Shown here: positions 36,373 to 49,131 of the stretch, piece by piece | Numbering within the stretch: the first letter of the stretch is position 1 | Layout of the letters: every line of letters begins with the position of its first letter | DNA from: Vitrella brassicaformis CCMP3155 | Taxonomy: Eukaryota; Protista; Chromerida | Direction of reading: 5' to 3' | DNA length: 64,000 bases | NCBI GenBank assembly: GCA_001179505.1 | Contig: CDMY01000347.1 | Coordinates: forward strand, 411,259-475,258 | The notes under the pieces: generated by a model | What the model was told of the DNA's origin: nothing | What the model saw: the letters and a program-made list of their open reading frames with translations, nothing else | The model's database searches: none | Position numbers and translations under genes: made by a program

Positions 36373-36579
36373 ACCGACTCGACTGCAGGCCTTTCGTGCT
36401 CGTCAGTGGCGGGGACGGCGGGTAGAGGGGGCGTGACGCCTCACAGAGGGCATGAGGCATCGGACAGAGCTACAAGGTCGCTGAGGCGCATGCAAGAGCG
36501 AACAAAGAGGGTAGAAGGTTCGCCTCCAGGCCTTCAGGTGGAGCCTCCCGGCGTCAGTGTGTTGTCGGGAGGAATATAT

Positions 36580-36759
36580 AAAGGCCTTGCGGAAAGAGGC
36601 GTCCGCTCTCAAGCTCGCGCGAGCTAAAATCCGACGCCGTCACGCACTGAAATTTCAGAGGCAGTGACGGGGCTACACAGCTGCACGGAAATCTATCGTC
36701 TTCTCTGGCGACACCGACAGCAGCGGCATGGTCAACCAAAGAGAAAAGGCCTTGCGGAA
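36580..36759. promoter_or_regulatory. Candidate cis-element: 15-bp direct repeat AAAGGCCTTGCGGAA in a divergent promoter
   Basis: Exact copies at 36580-36594 and 36745-36759. The first is preceded by the TATA-like ATATATA. Confidence 0.45.
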
Positions 36760-36892
36760 GGGGGCGTGAAGTCCGCCCCATTGCAAACGCCTTTACTAAG
36801 TCTGGTGATCTGGTGAATGAAGACTCTGAGGGAAAGGCCAAAAGAGGAGTTTTGTTTTCGTCTCCACGCCGTCTCCCCACAGTCATTCCCCC

Positions 36893-38642
36893 ATGCCAGC
36901 CTTCGTCAACCCAGCTGTGTTCGTGCCACGGCGCGACTACCCAAGCGGCACCACCCCTCCCCTCAAGCTCCCCCTCATCAGCTCAACCGTCCCCCTGCCG
37001 GAAACGCACTCATTCGCGAAGACCCCAAGACAGGCCATCACCACCAGCCAAAGGGCCACACAGGAGCCCGCGACGCACAGCCCCGTCCTCGCTCAGCAGG
37101 CCGACATCGCCTGCAAATACCCGACGGGCTCGCGAGTGGTTTTTGGCAAGGCCATTCGGCGGGACGGCCGTGTGGGGATGGGCAGGGAGGGGCAATGTTG
37201 GCCTGGGCCGGGGGAGTACGACATGAATATAACGCCACTGGTGTCGCCGCGGGCGGTAATTCGGTTTGGCCGGTCGTGCCGGTTTGAATGGGAGGAGGGG
37301 CAAGGGCGGGAAGGAAGTCAACACGGCGAGAGGAGGCAGCAGCGTCCCGAGCCTTTGTCGTATGACCCGCTCACTGCATGGGCACGAGTGTGCGCACCGG
37401 GAGTGCCGGCCTATGGTAGGGACAGGGAGAGGGAGAGGGAGAGGGAGGGGTGAGAAACCATCTCCATGATTACGGTGGATGGTTTCAGGCCCTCTGCGTA
37501 ACCGAGAGAGGCGGATGCCGTCAAGTGAGACAGAAGGCCCCGGCCCTGCCGCATATGTGACCGACAGCCAGCAGGTACCCACCCACCTACCCTACCTGTA
37601 TGTGTCTATCTGTGTGCGCACAGACAGACAGACAGACAAACATACAAACATACACACACTGCCTCATTGTGTTGTGTGCGCCGGGTGTGGTGTGGTGTGC
37701 TGTGGTGTGGTCTGTGTCCCTCCCTCCCTCCCTCCCCCCCTCTCTCAGACCAAACGCATGACAGAGCCGCAGGCGCTGTTCCAGCCCTCATTTGTGAGCA
37801 GCAGCCACTCCACTGAGTGTGGGTGTTGTTGATGTGTTGATGTCACTAGCTAGCATCTAGGGATGTCTGTGGGTGTGGGTGTGGGTGTGTGCTGCAGAGG
37901 TTCGCCCGTTCCAGCCGGCTGGACTCGACTGCCGCCCGCCTGGCGGCTGGGCAGGGCTCCGGCCCGCACGCAGGACCAGGTCAGATATATGATGTGGTCA
38001 AGTGAATGAAATGAGAGCGACCATTACACACACACACACGTATACCAAGTCAACACGTCCATGCATCCATCCATCCATCAGGTGCACAGCAAATCCAATG
38101 TGTGTGTGTGTGCGGCTGTGGTGCCAGGTAGCTACAGTGTGCCGTCTACGTTCCGAAGCTCCGACTTCACTCCGAGTGTCCGGGTGCCCAGAGGCAGGAC
38201 ACGGGCACAGGCCGGTGAGGGGGAGGGAGGGAGAGAGAAAGAGAGAGAGCGTCAGGGAGGCCGTGGGAAGGGGAGAGGGTTAGCAGCGACACAGACAGAC
38301 AGACAGACTGACAGACAGAAAGGCCTCAGGCACTACGGGAAAACATTTGACGAAAACTGACTGACTGACGGACAGCAGCAAGTCTAATGAAGGCGTTGCT
38401 GCGTGTCTGTGTGTGTGTGTACGTCTGTGTGTGTGTCCGTTAGGTTGGTCTCTCTACTCGCGCCGGCCACTGCCCCCTCTCCACCACCACCACCACCCGG
38501 ACGCCTCATCCCTCCCCGGCCCGTGCACAGCCCGACAGTACACCACTTTTTGATCCACACCGACACATACAAAGACAGACAGACAGACAGAGCCAGGTTA
38601 TCGACGTGTGGTGTGTGTGGGGTGGGGTGGCGAGTTATCTAG
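36893..38642 (+). CDS. SHIPPO-1/ODF3/STPG-like PGP-repeat flagellar protein
   Basis: Repeats PGPGEYD, GPGPAAY, GPGQIYD, PGSYS with F..S.R spacers (RFGRSCRF, RFARSSRL). Both ends are approximate. Confidence 0.75.
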
Positions 38643-38937
38643 CTAGATGAACAGACGGACAGACAGGCGAGTGTGTTGGCTACGAGAAGAGAGTAGAAGC
38701 CACAGACAGACACGAGTGTTGTGTGTGTCCATGTGTGTGAAAAGCACTCTTGCTCGTTCGGCTGCTGGCTTTCGAGGCGGTCAGTCTGTCCATCCATCCA
38801 TCCATCCGTCTCTCCGTATCTACGTCCCCCCGCCCGCCACCGATGGAAAAAATCAGTGCACCCACACCCACACACCACACACCGCACACACAGCCGTCCA
38901 CTGCATACATACGTCTGGTCGATTGGATTGCTCGAAT

Positions 38938-41900
38938 TCAATCCTGCTCCTGCTGTGCCTCTGGCTGCTGGTGCTGGTGCTGGTGCTCGCCGCCGCCGGC
39001 CGTGTGCTGCTCCTGCTGCTGCTGGTAGGGGTGGTGGTGGTGGTGGTGCTGGTGCTGCGCCTCCATTGCGGCCTGGCTGAGCTGCTGAGCCGTCATGGCG
39101 GACTGTGCGTTGCGCAAGACCTCCGGCAGCATCGACAAAGCCCAGGGGCCGGGGTGCATGTGCTCGCCACCTGAGACATATGCCGACAGACAGACAGACA
39201 GACAGATGGATGGATGGATGGATGGCACACAGAGATGGGGGAGTGTGTGTGTGTGTGTGTGTGTGAGGGAGAGGGTACATACCCTCTCCGTTGACGGCGC
39301 CGGAGGGGTCGAGGCTGTAGCCGTCATAGCCCCCGCTGCCGCCATGGCAGATGAAGCGGTGGGCGTTGACCGCTGCGGCGCCTGTCTCTGCACCGCACCC
39401 ATACACATCCATCCATCCCCCCGTGCTGTGCTGTGATTCACCCACGGGTGGGTCAGCCCAGCCCCCCACGCACGCACTCACCCGAGTAGCCCTGCTCAAT
39501 GACTTCGTCGGCCGCCATGAGGGGGTGGTCCGTCGTCCGCCGAGTGCGGCGGCCCTTCTGCCCACAAAGACACACACACACACACAGAGAGAGAGAAAGA
39601 GAGACCACATTTCATTCATGTGTGTGTGTGTGCGGGCCATCCCATCCACACACGCACCAACGCACCAACGCACCTTTCTCTCCTCCTTCGGCTGGACTTT
39701 CGCCTTTGGCTTGGGTTTGGGCTTGGGCGTCTTGCGAGGCTTCTCGGCCCGCCCGACGATGGGACGCGGCTCGGCGTTCTCGCTGACCTCTACGTCCACT
39801 GTGCCCTCGCCGTCAAGACCTCCACGCACACCCACACCAACACCGCCCCCACCACCAGCCACAGATCTGGTCAACAAGTGGACACACAGGCGGGTGTTCC
39901 ATGTGTGTGTGGGTGTGGGTGTGGGTGTGGGTGTGTGGGGTGTTGCGCTGCGTACACGCCCTGTGCGATTTCGGTTGAGTCCTCCCAGTCGTCCCACTGC
40001 ATGCGGCGCTGCTGGTCACGCACACGAATCTGAATCAATCGCACCATACCAGACCAGACCAAGAACACACACACAGAGGATTGATGTGTGTGTGGATTTA
40101 TTTGTGGATGTGTGGGTGAATGCAATCTCATTCTCTTGCTTACCGCCTCTTTGAAGGCCTGACGCACGCCGTCCTCCGTGAACTCTGACGGCCTGCACAC
40201 ACACACACACACACACAGGTGCAGTGCAGTACAGCAATGCTGGGCGCTTCCGTCTGTGTGTGTCCCCCTCCCCCTCTATGCTATGCTACGACTCCCGCAC
40301 ACACCTGACTGGTCTCATGATCTGGTAGCTGCCCGACTGGCGCCAGACATTGTTGCCCTCCTTGCGAGCTTGCTGCACGGCAGTGCAGTGCACCAGCGCA
40401 CCCACACCCACCCCAGGCACACACACAAGGTCGTTTCATTCATTCTCTGTCCGTCCGCCAGGAGAAGGCACGCACCCACCCACATACCTACCTACCTGCA
40501 ACATCTGTGTGACTTCCTGGCTGCCCATCTGGGCGGGGTGGATGGTGCCGACCCACACGTGGTAATACCTGCAGGCCCACACCCATACACACACATACAA
40601 ACAAGACACACGTGACTTTAGTCCTTTGTGTCTGCTGTGACAGCGTGGGTTTGGTGTGTCTGTCTGTGTGTCTGTCTGTGTGTCTGTCTGTGTGTCTGTC
40701 TGTGTCCGTGTGTGGAGGGAGGGTATACCCGCGAGGGTGCCAGTGCAAGCCCAGGACGCCCCTGCGCATGCGAGACTTGGGTCGCAGAGGTCCACCGCCG
40801 CCCTCCTCGCCCTCACCGTCCTCCTGATGGATGGATGGATGTGGCCACACACGTGTGCTGTGCGCGCGTGGTGGGTCTGTCTGTCTGTCTGTCTGTTCTG
40901 TGTTCGCCGTGGAGTGAGTGGATGAGTCCATGTGGCCTACGCGTTTCTTGGGCTTGCGCTTCCGCTGCGGCGGGGGCATTTGCTGTCGTATTAGCATGCA
41001 CACACACACACACGAGTGGTGGGTATGTGTGTGGCTGGCTGGCTGGCTGGCTGGCTGGCGGGCTGATTCACTCAGCTGCGCGTACCTCTAGGCGCCTCCT
41101 GTCAATCTCGCGCTGCTCGTCCAGCAGGGACTTGGCGAACTGACAGCGTGTCCATGGGGATGTGTGTGTGTGTGTGTCTGTGCGAGCAAGCAACGGCCGG
41201 ACCTGGTTGAGCTCTTCGTCTCTGAGGATCCTCCGTGACGTCAGGGCAGACAGGCCGTCACCTGCAGGCACACACACGGCCGAGAACGCACCAAGGCGTG
41301 TGTGTGTGTGTGTGTGTGCGCGAGTGCACCATACCATCGTCAGGGCGTGGCAGGATGCGACGGCTGTTGGACGAGTCGCCTGCACCACACACACACACAC
41401 ACACACCGCGCGCGCGCGCGCACACACACAGATGCACACACAGACGGTCATCTGTGTGTGTGTGTGTGTCGCCGCCCGCCCGCCGTCCACCTGGTCGCTT
41501 CCGCGTCTGTCGTTTCTTCTGCGGCTGCGACGCCTCCCGGTCCCCCGCAATCGCCTGTTGAGCCGCGTACAGCTGCATGAACTCAGCTCCGGGGATCTGC
41601 ATGCCTGCACACACACACACACACACACACATGGATGGATGGATGGATGGATGGACACACAAGTGTGGCGTGGCGTGTTGTGTGATGTCGTGGGTGAATT
41701 ACCGGCGGCAAGGTACTGCTGGATGGCCGCTTCGTCGTAGCCCCAGCCCGCCATGGCCTCCGTGCCGAAAGCATATCCCATCGCCGCCAAATACTATATG
41801 TCAGTCACACAAACACACACAGGTTTGCAGGCCGGTAGCTGTACCTCTCTCTCGCCCTCCCCGTGTCTCTGTGTGAGTACCTGTGCCTGCTGAAAGGCGT

Positions 41901-44863
41901 ACCCCTCCAGCCCGGTCATCTGGTCGGCAGCAGCGGCAGCAGCAGCAGCTGCTGCTGCAGCGGCTACAGCGGCACTCTCGCCCTCGCCCTCGTCCTTGGT
42001 AAGCAACGGGTCTGCGAGCGTCATCCATCAACCACATGTGATTGATGTGTCTTTCCTCTCTGTATTGTGTGGGCTGCTCTCCCTGTGTGTGTGGGGGGGG
42101 GGAGGGAGGGTGGGTGGGGGAGGGTGGGGGAGGGTGAAGTGAATGCGCCTACATCCGGTGGGAAGGAGTGCGTGTGGCAGCCCCAGCGCCTGTGCGTGCG
42201 GCGGGAGACCACTATCGACCATCACACGAGCAGCAGCAGCCTGTCCAGTCCACACACACACACACACACATTGAGTACCCACCCACCCCATCTGGACACA
42301 ACACAAGCTCACCGCAGCTGCAGCGGCCTCGTGGCCCTGTGCGTCGAGTTGTCCCTCGTCGTTGGCCGCATTGGCGCCCTCGTCGATGCCGTCGCCATGT
42401 GCCGAGCTGCTGGCCTCCTGCCGGCCGCCCTGCCCGCCTCCCATGTACCCTGGCGACGAACCACCACCCCTGCAGCAACCAACACAGGTTGACAAGGAGA
42501 GAAAAACAGGATACAGGATTGTGTGTGGCAGGGTGGGTGAAGGGCTGGGTGGACTGTTTAGGTACGTACGATCGGGCCAGCATAGAGCTGCGGAGGAAGT
42601 CCTTGAGCTGCTTCTTGGGCGGAGACGGATCTGGCCAGCCATGCGAGTGAATCGAATGCACGCACTCACTGTATGTCTCTGTCTGTCATATCTTCCCGTC
42701 AGATCCCCCCCCCACACAGCCACTCACTAACCAGCTCGCTCACCTTTGGCACGGCCGCTATCGAGCGACAGAGGTGCGAAGGGCGGAGGCACGTCGCCAC
42801 CATCTGGTATCATTCACACCACACACACACACAGGTGCACACAATGTGTGTGTGTGTGTGTGTATGCAGGGTGCCTGCCGACTGACTCACCGATGCTACT
42901 GGATGCCACGGCGTGCGATGGGCTCATCAACGATCGCTTCGTCTTGTCCTTATTGCCGCGGTAGTGAGCCGCCAAAGCCGGAACTGCACTCAACACACAC
43001 AACACACACAGCATAGCACAGCACAGCACATGCAGGTCAACAAGAGGTGGGGCCCCGGTGGGGTTATGTGCTTATTGACTGACCGAGTCGCTGTTTGGGC
43101 GGTCGTCCGGCGAGGGGCAGCTGCTGGTCCTGCGAGGCCACGAGAGCGCCGCTGCTCGAGGCTTGCTCCTACACCATACCACAACCACCACACACACAGA
43201 CACAGACACAGACATGGGCGTTGCACTTGATGGTGTGTGGTGGGTTACCTACCTGTCCTTCTGTGTCGTCTTTGTGTCGCTTTGGCTCCTGGAACATGGC
43301 GAGGCAGTCGACGATGGCACTGGGGGCGGCAAAGGAGCAGCAGGGAGGGAGGGAGAGATGCCATCTGTGTGAGTGGGGGGTGTCTGTGTGTGTGTACCGT
43401 TTTGGCTGAGTAGCTCTGCCAATACACAGACGTCCACAGACGGGACGGGCAGATAAATAGCACAAGAACACACACACACACACAGAGATGCTGGTGTGGT
43501 GGTGTAGTGTACGCGACATGCCCACCTCTCTCTCATGCTGGGCGTGAGCCCCTCCCCCTCGCTCTCGCTGTCGCTGAATCAACAGCCACACCATCACCAT
43601 ACATACCACACCCCATCCATCTAGATTTCCGTCCCTCCCGAGCTCTCCCACACGCACCAGTAGCCGAACTCGCTGGCCTTGTTCTTCTTGCGATTGGTCG
43701 ATTCTCGTGCGTTGCTGTGTCCCCCGCTCTGCCCAGCAACGGGCGGCAGGGAGGGCGGCTCCAGGGGGGGCATGCACAGCAGCTGGCGAATGAGGGGGTA
43801 GTGGTCTGAACGATCAACGATGCACGCACACACACACACACANNNNNNNNNNNNNNNNNNNNNNNNNNNNNNNNNNNNNNNNNNNNNNNNNNNNNNNNNN
43901 NNNNNNNNNNNNNNNNNNNNNNNNNNNNNNNNNNNNNNNNNNNNNNNNNNNNNNNNNNNNNNNNNNNNNNNNNNNNNNNNNNNNNNNNNNNNNNNNNNNN
44001 NNNNNNNNNNNNNNNNNNNNNNNNNNNNNNNNNNNNNNNNNNNNNNNNNNNNNNNNNNNNNNNNNNNNNNNNNNNNNNNNNNNNNNNNNNNNNNNNNNNN
44101 NNNNNNNNNNNNNNNNNNNNNNNNNNNNNNNNNNNNNNNNNNGGAAGGAGGGGGGTTGCGCACCCATTTCCTGCATGTTGTGCGTCTGGTTGGTGGGCTT
44201 GGGGCAGCTCCAGACCATGGCGTGGTGACACCCCGACAGCCCGCAGGCGACGCTGCTCAAGTCAGGCAGACCTGCACTCAACACACACAGCCACACACAC
44301 ACAGCGCCATGCCATCCACCCAGAGTATCTGTGTGAGTTGATGAGTGCGTGTGTGCGTGTGCGTGTGTGCTGACTGACTGTTCTTGACGAGTAGGACGTC
44401 CCCGCTGTTGATGGCGACCTTGACCACACTGTCGGTCTCGAGCAGACGGAAATGGGGAACCGTAAACACACCTGCGTCGTGCCACCGGACAGCACAGCAC
44501 ATCCAGGTGAGGCGTGTACGTGTGTGTGTGTGTGTGGCGGTGCAGTGCAATGTACCACTTCCACCGACGGGTACGATCACTCTGTAGGTGCCGTCCATCT
44601 CGCCCTCGCCGCCCATCCACCCCTCTAGCGATACGTGCAGGCAGCACGACGGCCACAGCGAGCCCCACGAGTACCTGCCAGCCACGGATACAGCACAACA
44701 CAACACACACGCCACAGCGGGTAGGCTTCTCGGCTTCTCGTCGAGTACACATCAGTCATGTGTGCACACAGCTGTGCGTACGGAAACGAAAGTGACGAGT
44801 TGTGGATGGCGTGAGCTGTGGCATTCTCACTCATCGCCACCTGTTTGTTGTCACACGCATCAT

Positions 44864-44895
<32 letters not shown>

Positions 44896-45793
44896 GAGCG
44901 TGGCCACGTCTGTGTGGCTGTGTGTGTCGTGTGGGCCGTTGTCGACCTGGTTAGCGATAGGGAGTGTCCTCATGGCAGCGAGGGGCATCTTCTTGCTCTC
45001 CACGTCCACCACACCAGACTCCTGTGACACAATTAACACCAGACCAACGCACACACACACACACCAGATCCAACCATCCATCCATCCATCCTCCCTCCCC
45101 CTCCCCCTCCCTCTCCCTCTCCCACCCACCAGTTGCTGTGTCTGCGGGACTGTCATCCGCTGCAGCGCCATGACGAACGTGTTCTTGAGCTGCTCCACCA
45201 ACGGCTGGCACGCCTCCACAAACGCCCGGACGTGAGGCGCCGACTCTGCACCCACCCACGACACACGACATACGACACACGTCACACACACTTGGGTGTG
45301 ATGGTCTGTCTACCCTGCCCCGCTGCGTGTCTGTGTGACTGACGTACCTGCCCCGCCCACAGCCCCGCCAACGCCCACACCCACAGCGGCCCTCATGAGG
45401 GGGGATTCCTCACACGCGGGAGGGAACTGGGTGAAGGTAAAGCCGAGGGAGAGGGGCGACAGCGGAGAGGGCACCGCCTGGATCAGCGACTCCACATCTG
45501 CAGACAGAAACCACACCATACATCGACCAGACAACACAACATACACACGAGCTGGCTCACCGGCCAGCTCCTCTCATGCTCTCACCGTTGGCGAGTTTCT
45601 GTATGAGGTTCTCGGTGACTCCGCCCCTGACCACCTGGAAGACCACCTGGCCGCCCTCGGTCACACCCACCGCGTCGCGCCTCTCGCCCTCTCCCCCCTC
45701 GCCGCCCAGCAGCCCTCCCTCCTGACCTCCACTGGCATGCAAACCCACATAGAACACCTCACACATACGAGACTCCGACGGCTGGTCCTCCAT
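38938..45793 (-). CDS. Large multi-exon protein with an ApiAP2-like DNA-binding domain, poly-Ala/Gln/His tracts and an uncharacterised N-terminal globular region; may be two genes across the 43843-44142 gap
   Basis: Spliced domain RRGVLGLHWHPRG/YYHVWVG...SYQIMRPVR/PSEFTEDGVRQAFKEA/IRVRDQQRR at about 40775-40000. Last exon ends EAQQEQD stop at 38938. First exon MEDQPSESRMCEVFYVG (ATG 45793). Confidence 0.6.
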
Positions 45794-46334
45794 TGCCCGA
45801 CACAGGGAGCTGCTCTGCCGGCCTGTGCGGGGCGGGAGGAGCCTTGGCTACTCAACGAACGGTGTGGGCGAGGTTCCTCACGGCCTGGGCGACCTGATGG
45901 GTGTCGGAGTGTGCGGCAACGGGCGATCCTCGGAAAGTGTCTCGGGGAGCGCACGCGGCGTGTCGGATGGCCCTTGGCACGGTCCTTCTCTTTTTATTCG
46001 ACTCCCAGCGCCGCGTTTACTCTGCAGTAAACAACTCTTCCTCCCCCGAGTTAGGGAGGAGTCAGAGCGGAGCGCGAAACGGATTACCGCCCTGCCAAAA
46101 TTACAACAAACCCCCATTCAATGGTCAATGGTCAATGTGACACCACACACACTGTGTCTGCACCAGACGGGTCGGTCCAGTAGAATGGCCGTCTTCCCCC
46201 GTCAAACCGTCGATATGTATTACATATATATGTACAATCATCGCACCGCACGGCACCGCACCGCACCGGACAGCAGCGTACTCGTGCTCGTGTGTGAGCC
46301 TGTCTGCCGTCTGTCCTTCGTTGCGTTGCTTCCT

Positions 46335-46944
46335 TCATGTGGCAGCCGTCTGCGTGTTGGCCTGCGGCTGGGCTGCCTGTTGCTTGGCGCTCTCAAAGGC
46401 AGCCACCTGACACGGACACACACACACAGACAGGTGGTCGGAGGCGTGGATGGATGCTTCTATGCACTTCTGAGTATGTGTGTGCTGGAGTGGACGCAAA
46501 GGCACAAGCAGGAGTGGCGCGCGCACCTTTTGCTCGCACTCCTTGAGTGTGGTCTGGAGGCCCTCCACAATCGACCCGGCACGCTCACTGCAGGCAGACA
46601 GACAGACAGACAGACAGACAGCGGCCGACAAGCAGCATAGCAGCCACACACAGACAAAGATGGACAGATGGATGTACAGGCCAGGCCAGGCGATATGCAG
46701 CGCCACGCATGTGTGGCAGGGCAGGGCACGGCACGGCACGGTGCGGGTGTGTGCGTTTGTGTGCTGGTGTTGGTTCTCTCTCGTGTGGTGTGCACACCGC
46801 ACGCACGTAGGGCACGCACATTTCCTTGTCGATGTAGTCGAGCCTCTTGTCGACTTGCGTCTTGGCTTCGTCGATGGGCTGCTTGACCAGCAGCGGCCCC
46901 ACCAACTTGTACACCTCTGCGTCGCTCTCAAGACACCCAAACTC

Positions 46945-46983
<39 letters not shown>

Positions 46984-47308
46984 CGAGGAACGACCGGATG
47001 AATGAGCGGATTGATGAATGGCATTCGCATCAGTGTGTGCGTTGGTCAGTCAGCTGTCCATCCCATGCATCAGATTACGCATTACCTCTTTGACCATCTT
47101 GTTTTCGCTCTGCTGCTGGATGAGCTTCTCGCGATTCATCAAAGCCTCGCGAAGCGCTGCGCACACTCACACGTGACACACACAGCAGCAGCATTCCTCC
47201 ATCTCGGTGCAAGAGAACCGAGTGAGCACCTTCTTCAGTTTTCTTATAGAGTTTGACGATCTCCTGTAGCTCCTTCTCAGATGGCGCACTCACACCCTCG
47301 GACGCCAT
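46335..47308 (-). CDS. PFDN6: Prefoldin subunit 6 (beta-type)
   Basis: KLIQQQSENKMVKE / EFGCLESDAEVYKLVGPLLVKQPIDEAKTQVDKRLDYIDKE, which carries the VYKL.GP.LVKQ...EAK..V.KRL.YI signature. Confidence 0.9.
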
Positions 47309-47396
47309 CCTTACCCGCAGATCTCTTCGTCTTACCCTGAAACCCAAACCCTACACTTGAAGAGTCCTCATTCTCACCGCTCGTCCTCACGCCAAG

Positions 47397-48703
47397 ATGA
47401 TGGTCCCCGAGGGTCTGCAGCAGCTGATAAAGGACCGTGATGCGATGGAGTCCGAGATGGAGGCGCTGACGGCGTACCTGACGGCTCCGGGCATGCCCGG
47501 AGTCAGAGGCAACCTGCTGGTGAGTCACTCAGTCATATGTCAACAAAGAGGAGCACGGAAGCAGCCAACTCACGTTCCGTTTTGTGTTTGTTGCGAGGTG
47601 TGCAGGATGCTGAGGGCTTCCCGCGTGCAGATCTCGACATCGTGCCCATCCGGCAGGCGCGGCACAAACTCGCCTGTAAGCAGACAGAGCAGACACCACA
47701 CCGGCTCATGACATCCATCTAAGGAGGCGGGAGGACGGCAGCCAGCCAGTGTGTTGGGTGTGGCTGGCGTGGCGTCAGGTTTGCAGACGGACCATGCGGA
47801 GTTGATGAAGAAGATTGAGGCGGGGCTGCACGACCTGCACGCACAGGGGGCTGTGCGCGTGCCCAGAGGTGGGTGAGCGACGGAGGAAGGATAAGAGAGA
47901 GGTTTTGAGAGGGAGGACTGCCGTTCGCGGCTCCAAGGAAATGTATGGCGGTGGATGTGTGTGTGTCAGGCCCTGGGTCGTCATCTTCTTCGTCGGGTCC
48001 GAGCAGTCGCGCCAATGGTGTGGGGCACCGGCCCGCCTTCGCTGTTGTCGGTCGGTATTCTCTCTCTCATCGACACACACACACACTCAGGCAGACCAGC
48101 CATGCGCAAGTAGCGAGTCAGTCGTATGGATGCCATGCAATCGGGTGTGGTGTGTGTCCTGATTTACCTGACTGACAGATGAGGTGTCCGCCGGGTCACC
48201 GTCCGAGGCTGCTGGACTGCAGATCAGTAAGTTACGTGTAGCTAACTAGACAGACATGCAATGAACGCATTGCTGTTCGTTCCGTCATCGCGTCATGTCA
48301 TGCAGATGACCGCATCGTGGCCTTTGGGGATGTGGACGCCTCGACGCCTGACGGATTCAAGTCAGTCAGTCAGTCAGTCACTTGGCTGGCTGGCTATCTA
48401 TCTCTCCATCCACCTTGTTTGCTGCTGTGACCCCTGCGCTCATCCCTCCCTCCCTCAGGAGCATTGCGCGAGTGGTGCAGGAGAACGTCGGCAGAAACGT
48501 CAACGGTCCGCACCCACACACGCACACACCATCCAGGGGCTTGCTCACTGTATCCCCCTCCGCACGGCGCGTGTGTGTGTCGTGTGGTGCACATGACTGC
48601 AGTGGTGGTGCGTCGTGAGGCCCGTGAGATGGCCTTGTCGCTGCGGCCGCAGACCTGGTCGGGGAGGGGGCTGCTAGGCTGCCACCTGCAGCCCATGAAG
48701 TGA
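47397..48703 (+). CDS. PSMD9: 26S proteasome assembly chaperone p27/Nas2 (N-terminal helical domain plus PDZ)
   Basis: GNLL/DAEGFPRADLDIVPIRQARH, DHAELMKKIEAGLH, PAFAVV/DEVSAGSPSEAAGLQI/DDRIVAFG, LRPQTWSGRGLLGCHL. Confidence 0.93.
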
Positions 48704-49131
48704 GAGAGAAAGGAGAGACTGTTGGTTGTATTGCAATTGGTGAAGCAGGCCAAGCCCATTGTGAAGGAAGGAAGGCGAGAGAGACTGACTGACTGCAGGA
48801 AGTGGCCTCATGTGTACGTCCGTATGGAGTGGCCGTGGTGGCAGAGATCTCTGGTTGACAATTGGTGTGGAGCTGCGTGAGTGCGTGCGGCGTTTATGAG
48901 TCGTTTTTGATGATGAATATGCCTCTTTGCGCTCGCGTCGCCGTCTCCCCTCTCTCCCGTCTCGGGCCCCAAACTGACCCCAAGTTTAGCTCGCAGATTC
49001 TTCCTGCAGGATGAAAGATACGGCCGTTCCTCAACCTAGCTCCAAAGGAAGGCGTCTCCAAATGTCCACAGGACGGCCAGAGGCGAGAATTCGTCCAACC
49101 GAGTCGCCTTTCGCTGGCTAATGGGGCCCAC

